A DNA stretch of 64,000 bases, taken from positions 59,800 through 123,799 of the forward strand of contig JACTMY010000006.1 in assembly GCA_014584395.1 (NCBI GenBank). The letters run 5' to 3'. The stretch is from Planctomycetota bacterium (lineage in GTDB: Bacteria > Planctomycetota > Planctomycetia > Gemmatales > HRBIN36). The stretch's first letter is position 1. Each line of letters begins with the position of its first letter. The notes beneath the pieces are model-generated. The model did not search any database. It saw only the letters and a list, made by a program, of their open reading frames with translations, and was not told the DNA's origin. Below are positions 53,506 to 62,049 of this stretch, in pieces. The position numbers were made by a program, and so were the translations under genes.

Positions 53506-54834
53506 TCAAGAGGCAGTCGCGGACTTTTTCTCTTCTGGCCCCGCCAAGCCTTCAAAGACTTCGTGGACGGCTTGAAGCGTCTGCTGGATCAGCTTCTCGT
53601 CGTGAGCCGCCGAGAGAAATGCCGCCTCGAACGGACTGCATGGCCAATAGACGCCGCGATCCATCAACCCCCAAAAGAAACGGGCAAACCGCTTTTGATC
53701 GCACCGTTTGGCGGCGGTGTAATGCATCACCGGTTCGTCCGTGAAAAAGAGGGTGATCATGCTGCCGACGCGCTGGACCCGATGAGCCAAGCCCCAATGC
53801 GCCGCCGATCGGGCCATCCCATCCGCAAGCTGAGCGGTCAGCCGGTCCAGTTTCTCATAGGGCGGGTCTTTCAGCAAGCATCGCAAGGTGGCCAGTCCCG
53901 CGGCCATGGCCAAGGGGTTGCCCGAAAGCGTCCCGGCTTGGAAAACCGGCCCGCTGGGCATGACATGCCGCATGATGTCCCTTCGTCCGCCAAAGGCGCC
54001 GACGGGAAGCCCCCCGCCGATGATCTTGCCCAGGACGGTCAGGTCGGGCCGTTGTCCGTACAGTTCCTGGGCGCCGCCCAAGCTCAGGCGAAAACCGGTC
54101 ATGACTTCGTCATAAATGAGCAGGCTGCCATGCTTGGCCGTCACATCGCGCAGGGCCTTGAGGAATGCGGCGCTGGGGGGGACCAAGCCCATGTTGCCCG
54201 CCACCGGCTCAACGATCACGCCCGCAATGGTTGGCCCTTGCTGCCTAAAGGCGTCCTCTAAAGCCTCCGCGTCGTTGTACTCCAGGACCAAGGTATCCTG
54301 GACGGCCCCCGGGGGCACGCCAGGGCTGTTGGGCACACCCAAAGTCGTTGCGCTCGAACCAGCTTGCACCAGCAAGCTGTCGACGTGGCCATGATAACAA
54401 CCAGCGAACTTGATGATGCGATGACGCCCTGTGAAGCCGCGGGCCAGGCGAATCGCGCTCATGGAGGCTTCGGTTCCCGAACTGGTGAACCGCACCATTT
54501 CGATGGATGGAACGCATTGGACCACGCACTCGGCCAACTCGGACTCGCGCTCCGTGGGCGCGCCGAAACTGCTTCCGCCTCGCATGGCCGCTTGCACGGC
54601 CTCGACGACTTCGGGGTGGGCGTGCCCCAAAATCATGGGCCCCCAGGAACCGATGTAGTCCACATAGGGCCGGCCATCCACATCGAACAGCAACGGCCCC
54701 GACGCACGGTCGATGAAAAGCGGCTGTCCTCCCACGGCTCCGAAGGCTCGCGCCGGGCTGTTGACGCCGCCCGGGATCGTTTTCTGAGCGCGCTGGAAAG
54801 CCTGGGCACTTTTGGGACGATCCATGGACGACAT
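53506..54834 (-). CDS. hemL: Glutamate-1-semialdehyde 2,1-aminomutase
   Basis: It carries IPGGVNSPARAF, DYIGSWGPMILGH, FTSSGTEA and DEVMTGFR, with a Lys-containing GKIIGGGLPVGAFGG motif. Confidence 0.92.
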   Translation of the reverse strand: MSSMDRPKSAQAFQRAQKTIPGGVNSPARAFGAVGGQPLFIDRASGPLLFDVDGRPYVDYIGSWGPMILGHAHPEVVEAVQAAMRGGSSFGAPTERESELAECVVQCVPSIEMVRFTSSGTEASMSAIRLARGFTGRHRIIKFAGCYHGHVDSLLVQAGSSATTLGVPNSPGVPPGAVQDTLVLEYNDAEALEDAFRQQGPTIAGVIVEPVAGNMGLVPPSAAFLKALRDVTAKHGSLLIYDEVMTGFRLSLGGAQELYGQRPDLTVLGKIIGGGLPVGAFGGRRDIMRHVMPSGPVFQAGTLSGNPLAMAAGLATLRCLLKDPPYEKLDRLTAQLADGMARSAAHWGLAHRVQRVGSMITLFFTDEPVMHYTAAKRCDQKRFARFFWGLMDRGVYWPCSPFEAAFLSAAHDEKLIQQTLQAVHEVFEGLAGPEEKKSATAS

Positions 54835-54906
54835 CAGGAGCCCTCGTCAAGGGTTGCAAGATCAACCATCTGTTCGCTTGATAATCGAATGGCGGCGCTG
54901 CGAGCT

Positions 54907-56763
54907 TCAACTGGCTTGCATGCGAAACAGGCGTTCCTCGGCCAACTTGATGTAGCCCCGATATTTGGGGATATCCTTGGCCTTCAAATCCAACCCTTGA
55001 GTGGAATCGCCAAACGCTTTCACTTCCATCCACAGCTCGCGAATGGCGTTGGGATCGGGAGTGTCTTTTAGTTCTTCCTCGATCGCCTTGATCACCAAGG
55101 TTTCCGCTTCGTTCAGCGAGTTGCGCTTGTTGCGCGCCATATGAATGGCCGATTCGAAGGCGATCAAGACCTCATACAAAGCCGCTCCCTTCTTGGCGTC
55201 ATCCTGTTCGAGGGGAAGGTAGCGTTCGACGAGCAAACCCAGATTGGCCTTGGCTTGATTCCAGACGTTTTGATTGAGGGGATCGTAGGCGTTGCGCCCT
55301 GTCATCAAAATTTTATATTTGTCGCTGCCGACCTCAAACAACTTGGGAGCTTCAAAAGGCGCCAGCAGTTCCCGGGCTTTCTGAATGAACTTCAATTCGG
55401 GAGCATTGCGCGCTTTGGCTTGGGGGTATTGCTGCAGGAGATCATCGAACCCCGCTTCCTTGGCCTTGACCCAATCCTTGCTTTTGATTTTTGGTTCGCC
55501 GCGGAGGAACAGCTTCCCCGCCTTGATGTAGTCCAATTGCGCCTGCGCCTTGCCGGCCCACTCGCTGTTGGGATCGCGCGACAGGATGCGATTGAAGTAT
55601 TTTTCCTCGGCGTCCTTCCACTTGTAATAACTGTTCGCCCGCACGTCCTCGTTCGCGTCGTCGAACAGCTTGTCTCCCTCCTGCACCAGCTTCATGCCGG
55701 CCTGGTAAAGCTGCTCGGCACTGGCGGGTTGCAGGAGAAAAACAAGCAATGAGATCATGATAACCAAGATCAAGCTCAGTCCCGCCACGCTCAGCCACTT
55801 GCTCATCGACGAGCTTGCGCCGGTCCCTGTTTTCCGTTTGCGTTTGCGGCCGCCTGGAGCCGCCAGGGAATCGCCATCGACCGTTTTTCTCTTGCCAGAG
55901 AGTTTCTTGGTGCCGCCTTCCACGCTTTGAACCGTTTCCACTTTCTGCTTCACGTCCAACATAGCTTCGGCCACGGTCTTGGCGTCGAGCGGCCGATGCT
56001 CGGGCTTCTTTTCCATGCATTGGCAGACGAGATTATCGAGCCAAATGGGAATGTCCATCACGGTCGACGTGGGGCGCTCAAACGTGCCCTGAACGTGCTG
56101 GATGAACATGTCCATGGCATTCTCGGCAAAAAAAGGCTTCTTGCCCGTAAGCAGTTCGTACATCAGGATGCCAAAGGAATAGATGTCCGATTTGGGCGTC
56201 AAGTTCCGTTCGCCGCGGCATTGCTCCGGCGACATGTAGGCGGCGGTGCCGACGGTGGAGTTGGCCGAGGTCAAGCCGGTGACGTCCGTGTCCTTGGCAA
56301 TGCCAAAGTCGGTCAGTTTGACCACGCCGCCCTTGGCGATCATGATGTTTGATGGTTTCAAGTCGCGGTGAATGATGCCGTTTTCATGAGCGTGCTGCAG
56401 CGCGGTGCACAACTGCTGTCCGATGTCGATGACTTCTTCCCACGTCAGCCGGCCGCGCCGCTGCAGGATTTGATCCAGCGGCTCGCCTTCGATGAATTCC
56501 ATGGCGTAAAACGGGGAGCGGTGATACTTGCCGATGGCCAGGAGGCGAACGATGTTGGGATGCTTGAGCTGCTTGAGAATCGCGGCCTCGCGCTCGAACC
56601 GCTGCTGCACGCGCTCATTGTCGCCCAGGCCCGCCACAATGACCTTGATCGCCACGGGTCGGCCCGTATTCGTGTAGATGGCGCGGTACACCGTGCCCAT
56701 GGCGCCGCTGCCAAGTTCCTTTTCGATCTCAAAGGGACCAATCTTTTGGCCAACCAGGATCAT
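54907..56763 (-). CDS. Serine/threonine protein kinase with TM segment and C-terminal TPR-like helical domain
   Basis: ATG at 56763. Hanks motifs are present: GSGAMGTVYRA, AIKV, HRDLKPSNIM, DFGIA and SPEQ. A TM segment follows (WLSVAGLSLILVIMISLLVFLL), then helical repeats. Confidence 0.85.
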   Translation of the reverse strand: MILVGQKIGPFEIEKELGSGAMGTVYRAIYTNTGRPVAIKVIVAGLGDNERVQQRFEREAAILKQLKHPNIVRLLAIGKYHRSPFYAMEFIEGEPLDQILQRRGRLTWEEVIDIGQQLCTALQHAHENGIIHRDLKPSNIMIAKGGVVKLTDFGIAKDTDVTGLTSANSTVGTAAYMSPEQCRGERNLTPKSDIYSFGILMYELLTGKKPFFAENAMDMFIQHVQGTFERPTSTVMDIPIWLDNLVCQCMEKKPEHRPLDAKTVAEAMLDVKQKVETVQSVEGGTKKLSGKRKTVDGDSLAAPGGRKRKRKTGTGASSSMSKWLSVAGLSLILVIMISLLVFLLQPASAEQLYQAGMKLVQEGDKLFDDANEDVRANSYYKWKDAEEKYFNRILSRDPNSEWAGKAQAQLDYIKAGKLFLRGEPKIKSKDWVKAKEAGFDDLLQQYPQAKARNAPELKFIQKARELLAPFEAPKLFEVGSDKYKILMTGRNAYDPLNQNVWNQAKANLGLLVERYLPLEQDDAKKGAALYEVLIAFESAIHMARNKRNSLNEAETLVIKAIEEELKDTPDPNAIRELWMEVKAFGDSTQGLDLKAKDIPKYRGYIKLAEERLFRMQAS

Positions 56764-56919
56764 GGCTGCCCCATTGGCTGAATTTCCTCGGTGATCAGGG
56801 CCATGCTTCGATCTATGATAGTCAATAACCGCGGAAGATACCAGCAGCCACTTGTAGGGAATTCGCACTCCCTGGTGGAGCGTTTCTATCCGCTCCTTGA
56901 AGCCACAGGGCTATCGGCG

Positions 56920-57699
56920 ATGTCGCAGCGCCAGATCACGCTTACGACCGATTTCGGCCGGCAATCCCCCTATGCCGCCAGCATGAAAGGGGTGATCCTT
57001 TCCCTGTACCCGCAGGTTAACCTGCTCGACCTCAGTCATGATCTGCCGCCGCAGAACCTGCGCCATGCCGCGTTTTACATTCGCTCCGCCTGGCCCCATT
57101 TTCCGGAAGGCACGATCCATCTCCTGGTCGTCGATCCGGGGGTTGGCACCGATCGATCCTTGCTCATGATCGAGTGGCGGAACCAAGTCATCCTTGCCCC
57201 CGACAACGGCGTCTGTTCCTGGCTGCCGGGGTTCGAACAGGCGGTGGCTCGCGCCATTGAAAATCCGTTGTGTCGGCGATCATCGGTCAGTCCCACGTTT
57301 CACGGCCGGGATATTCTCGCACCCACGGCGGCGCATCTGGCCATGGGGTTAGCCCCCGAGGACGTCGGTCCTATCGTCCAACCGCAGCACCGCCTTCCCT
57401 GGCCGCAGCCGGTCTGGACCGATGGCGGCGTCGACGCGGAGATCATCTTCATCGACGATTTCGGCAATCTCATCACGGCCCTCGATGCAGCGGCTTTGCA
57501 AGGCCATGTCCCCATTGAAGCGAAGATCGGCGACCTGGCCGCCCCCTGGTCAGCCACCTACGGCATGGCCCCGCCAGGGTCGCTGGTCGCGCTTTTTTCC
57601 AGCGATGGTTTGGTCGAAGTGGCGTTGGTCAATGGCAGCGCAGCCCGGCAATATGGCCTTGAAGCGGGCATGAAAATCCGGCTGCGAGTTTCGCCCTAA
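56920..57699 (+). CDS. SAM hydrolase / S-adenosyl-L-methionine hydroxide adenosyltransferase family protein (DUF62)
   Basis: ATG at 56920 gives MSQRQITLTTDFGRQSPYAASMKGVILSL...DLSHDLPPQN...VVDPGVGT, typical of DUF62. Confidence 0.75.
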   Translation: MSQRQITLTTDFGRQSPYAASMKGVILSLYPQVNLLDLSHDLPPQNLRHAAFYIRSAWPHFPEGTIHLLVVDPGVGTDRSLLMIEWRNQVILAPDNGVCSWLPGFEQAVARAIENPLCRRSSVSPTFHGRDILAPTAAHLAMGLAPEDVGPIVQPQHRLPWPQPVWTDGGVDAEIIFIDDFGNLITALDAAALQGHVPIEAKIGDLAAPWSATYGMAPPGSLVALFSSDGLVEVALVNGSAARQYGLEAGMKIRLRVSP

Positions 57700-57868
57700 G
57701 ACCCGCCTTGGCCATGCGTTTCCAGCCAAAGTCAGCCCCATAACCGCGCTTCCTTGGCCGCGATGAGCTTGACGGACAACGCCTGGACTCCTAAATTGCG
57801 GTACGGAAGCATTTAACTTCGAACGCTCTCGTTCGGAGTTCTTTTTATTTGCACGACAGGTCCAGTTC

Positions 57869-59149
57869 ATGAACCGATCCACCTGTGTCGTCGGGCTGCA
57901 ATGGGGCGACGAAGCCAAGGGCAAGATCGTCGATCTCCTGGCTCAGGAGCACGACGTCATCGTGCGCTACAACGGCGGCTCCAATGCGGGGCACACCGTG
58001 GTTCATGGCGGTCAAAAGTTCAAATTGTCTCTTATACCCACGGGCATCATCCGGCCCGATAAGTTTGCCGTCGTTTCCGTGGGCGTGGTGATTCACCCGG
58101 CTAGTTTCTTCGACGAATTGCAGCGTTTGGAGGAAGCCGGCGTTCGGGCGGATAGCCGTCTCCTGGTGAGCGATCGCGCCCACGTCATTTTTCCATACCA
58201 CATGCAGGAGGAAGCGGCCCACGAACGTCTTTCCGGAAGGCCCATCGGCACCACGGGCCGGGGCATCGGCCCATGCTACCAGGACAAGGTCGGCCGCACC
58301 TACGCCGTGCGGGTCGGTGAATTGCTGGAGGAAAACCATCTCCGCCAGCGGCTGCATCAGATCGTGCCCGTCAAGAACAAGATCTTGCATGCCTTGGACC
58401 CGGCCGCCACTCCCTTGGACGCGGACGCTCTCACGGCGGCATACGCCCAATTTGGCCAGCGGCTCAAACCCTTCGTGACCGACACCACCCGCTGGCTGCA
58501 TGAGCAACACCGCGCGAACCGCTCCATTCTCTTCGAAGCGGCCCAAGGGTCTCTTCTCGACGTGGATCATGGCACTTTCCCGTATGTGACGAGTTCCAAT
58601 AGCTCGACGGCGGGAGTCTGGGCAGGGACGGGCCTGTCGGTGCGGCGCTTGGAGCGCGTCGTGGGCGTGATCAAGGCCTATACGACCCGCGTCGGCGAAG
58701 GCCCCATGCCCACGGAGTTGTTTGACGCGGCTGGGGACCAGATTCGACAAACGGGCCGGGAATACGGCACCGTGACCGGTCGGCCGCGCCGCTGCGGCTG
58801 GTTCGACGCCGTGGCCGTGCGCTACAGTGCCGCCCTGGCCGGCGCGGATGAATTAGCCCTGATGCTGCTGGACGTGTTGAGCGAGTTTGACCGGATCGGC
58901 GTCTGTGTGGCCTACGAATTGGATGGCCGTCAAATCGACCACTTCCCGAGCGATGCCCATGTCCTGGCGCGCTGTCAGCCTGTTTACGAATGGTTGGCCG
59001 GCTGGCAGGTGGATATCTCCCAATGCCGGCGGCGCCAGGACCTCCCCGCCGCCGCCACGGCCTATTTGGAATATCTGCAAACCATCCTTGGCCTGCCCGT
59101 GAAGATCGTTTCCGTCGGCCCCGATCGCGAACAGACGATCATGGGATAG
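57869..59149 (+). CDS. purA: Adenylosuccinate synthase
   Basis: It carries VVGLQWGDEAKGKIVDLL, NGGSNAGHTV, TTGRGIGPCY and GTVTGRPRRCGWFD. Confidence 0.93.
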   Translation: MNRSTCVVGLQWGDEAKGKIVDLLAQEHDVIVRYNGGSNAGHTVVHGGQKFKLSLIPTGIIRPDKFAVVSVGVVIHPASFFDELQRLEEAGVRADSRLLVSDRAHVIFPYHMQEEAAHERLSGRPIGTTGRGIGPCYQDKVGRTYAVRVGELLEENHLRQRLHQIVPVKNKILHALDPAATPLDADALTAAYAQFGQRLKPFVTDTTRWLHEQHRANRSILFEAAQGSLLDVDHGTFPYVTSSNSSTAGVWAGTGLSVRRLERVVGVIKAYTTRVGEGPMPTELFDAAGDQIRQTGREYGTVTGRPRRCGWFDAVAVRYSAALAGADELALMLLDVLSEFDRIGVCVAYELDGRQIDHFPSDAHVLARCQPVYEWLAGWQVDISQCRRRQDLPAAATAYLEYLQTILGLPVKIVSVGPDREQTIMG

Positions 59150-59191
59150 CGGGTTGTCGATCACGACCGTGCCACGCACAAGGACCCTCCA

Positions 59192-61822
59192 TTAAGCGGG
59201 CAGTTGCTTGAGGAGTTCCTCATCCAATTGCTTGGTGCCGCGGCATTTGGGGTACTTGGTGCAGCCGAGGAAATAGCCCTTGGCCGAGCTGCGCAGCTTC
59301 ATCGCCGCGCCGCATTTGGGGCACGTCTCCTTGATTTCGATCTCGGGAATCTCCTTCTTGGGAGGAGGCGGCGGCAGCACGTCCTTCAGCTTTTCCTTCA
59401 ACTCCTCCGTAAGCGGTTTGGCGTTGCGGCACTTGGGATACTTGGTGCAGCCGAGGAAGGGTCCGCGCGGCCCCTTGCGCACGGCCATGGGGCTGCCGCA
59501 CTTCTCGCACGACACCCCCGTGTCAATCGGCTTGAGCGGGTTGCCCTGGGCATCCACGTCCTGGGCGTTGCGGCATTTCGGATAGGCGGAGCAGGCCAGG
59601 AAGGGTCCCCGGCGGCCTTGCCGGAGCACCATCACGCTGCCGCATTTCTCGCAGGTGTGCTCGGTCTTGGTGACGGCGGGGATGGGCTTGCCTTCGGCGT
59701 CGAGGTTCATGATCGTCTTGCAGTCCGGATAGCCGCTGCAGGAAAGGAAGGGGCCGAATTTGCCCATGCGCTGCACGAGCGGTTTGCCGCATTCGGGGCA
59801 CTGAAACTCCGTGGGCGTGACGGCGGGGGCCGTTTCGCCCTCGCGCGGCTTGATGTACTTGCACTCGGGATATTTCGAGCAGCCGAGAAACTTGCCCCGC
59901 TTGCTGAAGCGAACGACCAGCGGCGCGCCGCACTGTTCGCATTTTTCGTCCGTCTCCAGGCCGCGGACAGACTGCATTTTGACTTCCGCTTCCTTGAGCG
60001 ATTGCGCAAACGGTTCGTAAAACTCATTGAGGACGTTTTGCCAGGCGATCTTGGCGTTTTCGATGTCGTCCAACTCATCCTCCATGTGGCTGGTGAATTT
60101 CACGTTGATGATCTTGGGGAAATGCTCGACGAGCAGGTCGGTGACCAGCATGCCGAGTTCGGTGGCGAAAAAGCGCCGCTCCTTTTGCTCGACGTAGCCC
60201 CGCTCCTGGATTTTGCTGATGATGGCCGCATAGGTGCTGGGGCGGCCGATGCCCTCCTTTTCCAGCGTCTTGACCAGCGAGGCTTCGTTGTACCGCGGCG
60301 GCGGCTGCGTGAAATGTTGCGAGGGGTCCAGTTCGACGAGATGCAGCGGCTGCTTCTCCTCGAGCGCGGGCAGCAAGGCGTCTTCTTCCTGCCGGCCGGC
60401 CGGGGCATAAATCTTGCGGAAGCCGTCGAACTTCAAAATCTTGCCTTGCGCCTTGAGCACGCCCTCGCCGGCGCGCACTTCGACGTTGGTGATGGCAAAT
60501 TGGGCCGGCTTCATCTGGCAGGCCACGAAGCGGTTGTAGATCAGCGTGTAAAGCTTGAGTTGGTCCTGCGGCAAAAAGGCGGCCACCTTCTCCGGCGTAT
60601 AGCTCAAATCCGTCGGCCGGATCGCCTCGTGGCCCTCCTGGGCCGACTTGCCCGACGCATAACGGTTGGGATTCTCCGGTAAATAACGCTCGCCGAACCG
60701 CGCCCCGATATAGTCACGGCAAGCCTTGACGGCGTCATCGGAGACGCGGACCGAGTCGGTGCGCATGTAGGTGATCAAGGCGACCGGGCCATCCGCTCCC
60801 AGGTCCACGCCTTCGTAGAGCCTTTGGGCGAGCATCATGGTTTTCTTGGCCGGGTAGCGCAGCCGCAAGGAGGCCTGCTGCTGCAGCGTGCTCGTGGTGA
60901 AGGGAGGCGGCGCTTTTTCCTGGCGCTCTTTCTGCTCGATCTGATGGACCACAAAGTCCGCCTGCCGCAGCGACTCGACGATCCGCTGCGCTTCCTCCCC
61001 CTGGCTGACGCGGAACTTTTGCCCCTGCCATTCGACGAGTTCGGCCTGAAAGGCATCGGGGGGCAGGCCGCGTTTCCCCGACTCGGGGGCCATCTCGGAA
61101 GCCGGGTCCGTCTCCGCCTCGGTGTCTTGATCCTGGTCGATTTGATCCTGGACCAGGTGCGGCGCGATGACGTGAATCTGCGACGTTTCCACGGGATTCG
61201 TGCTCAACGTGGCGGTGATCCGCCAAAATTCCTCGGGCTTGAAGGCCAGAATCTCGCGCTCCCGCTCCACGATCAAACGGACCGCCACCGACTGAACGCG
61301 GCCCGCAGAGAGCCCCTTGGAGACTTTCTTCCGCAGCAAGGGACTAAGCTGATAGCCCACGACGCGATCCAAAAAGCGCCGCGTCTCCTGGGCGCGGACC
61401 CGGTCCATGTCGATCTGGCCAGGCTCAACGAAGGCTTTCTGGATGGCCGTCTTGGTGATTTCGTTGAAGCGCACGCGCCGCACGCGCTCATCGTCCAGCC
61501 CCAGGGCTTCCTTCAAATGCCAGGCAATGGCCTCGCCCTCGCGATCGGGATCAGGCGCCAGGTAAACCAGCTCCGCCTTCTTGGCTTGCTTCTTGAGCGC
61601 ATCGATGAGTTGCTTGCGGTCGGCCAGGTTTTGATAAGTCGGCACCCACCCCTTGTCGATGTCGATGCCGAAGCGCTTGGCGGGCAAATCGCGAACGTGT
61701 CCCTTGCTAGCCGCCACTTCGAAATCCGCGCCAAGGTATTTGCCGATGGTTTTGGCTTTGGCTGGCGACTCGACAATCACCAGTTTTTTCTTCTTCGGGG
61801 GCACTTCGATCTCCTTCCGCAT
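59192..61822 (-). CDS. topA: DNA topoisomerase I (type IA) with five C-terminal C4 zinc ribbons
   Basis: It has a Toprim N-terminus (KLVIVESPAKAKTIGKYLG, DPDREGEAIAWH) and the active-site region YMRTDS. Five CxxC...CxxxxxC ribbons are present (e.g. CEQCGAPLV..GCSKYPECK). Confidence 0.93.
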   Translation of the reverse strand: MRKEIEVPPKKKKLVIVESPAKAKTIGKYLGADFEVAASKGHVRDLPAKRFGIDIDKGWVPTYQNLADRKQLIDALKKQAKKAELVYLAPDPDREGEAIAWHLKEALGLDDERVRRVRFNEITKTAIQKAFVEPGQIDMDRVRAQETRRFLDRVVGYQLSPLLRKKVSKGLSAGRVQSVAVRLIVEREREILAFKPEEFWRITATLSTNPVETSQIHVIAPHLVQDQIDQDQDTEAETDPASEMAPESGKRGLPPDAFQAELVEWQGQKFRVSQGEEAQRIVESLRQADFVVHQIEQKERQEKAPPPFTTSTLQQQASLRLRYPAKKTMMLAQRLYEGVDLGADGPVALITYMRTDSVRVSDDAVKACRDYIGARFGERYLPENPNRYASGKSAQEGHEAIRPTDLSYTPEKVAAFLPQDQLKLYTLIYNRFVACQMKPAQFAITNVEVRAGEGVLKAQGKILKFDGFRKIYAPAGRQEEDALLPALEEKQPLHLVELDPSQHFTQPPPRYNEASLVKTLEKEGIGRPSTYAAIISKIQERGYVEQKERRFFATELGMLVTDLLVEHFPKIINVKFTSHMEDELDDIENAKIAWQNVLNEFYEPFAQSLKEAEVKMQSVRGLETDEKCEQCGAPLVVRFSKRGKFLGCSKYPECKYIKPREGETAPAVTPTEFQCPECGKPLVQRMGKFGPFLSCSGYPDCKTIMNLDAEGKPIPAVTKTEHTCEKCGSVMVLRQGRRGPFLACSAYPKCRNAQDVDAQGNPLKPIDTGVSCEKCGSPMAVRKGPRGPFLGCTKYPKCRNAKPLTEELKEKLKDVLPPPPPKKEIPEIEIKETCPKCGAAMKLRSSAKGYFLGCTKYPKCRGTKQLDEELLKQLPA

Positions 61823-62049
61823 GCTTGGCCTTCAGCCCGGCCGCCGCGCTGCCCGCGGCGGCATCGCGCCGCTCCAACCGGCGCCGGGGACTTGGCCCAG
61901 ACCGCTGCAAGGTGGGTTGTTCCCGGCCTTCAAGTCGGTACAATGCCTACAGCCGTACGTTCTCTCTCTTTAACCCATAGTATGGCCCGGTGCACTCCGT
62001 CAAGGGTGGCCCCGGTTCAGGGATGGTTTTTTTTCAGCAGCAGGACAGG

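Noticed and set aside
59204-60682. 492-aa plus-strand ORF overlapping topA.
   Set aside because: It is an antisense shadow of an unmistakable topoisomerase I gene. Its low-complexity Ala/Leu/Gly/Arg composition is typical of high-GC reverse frames.
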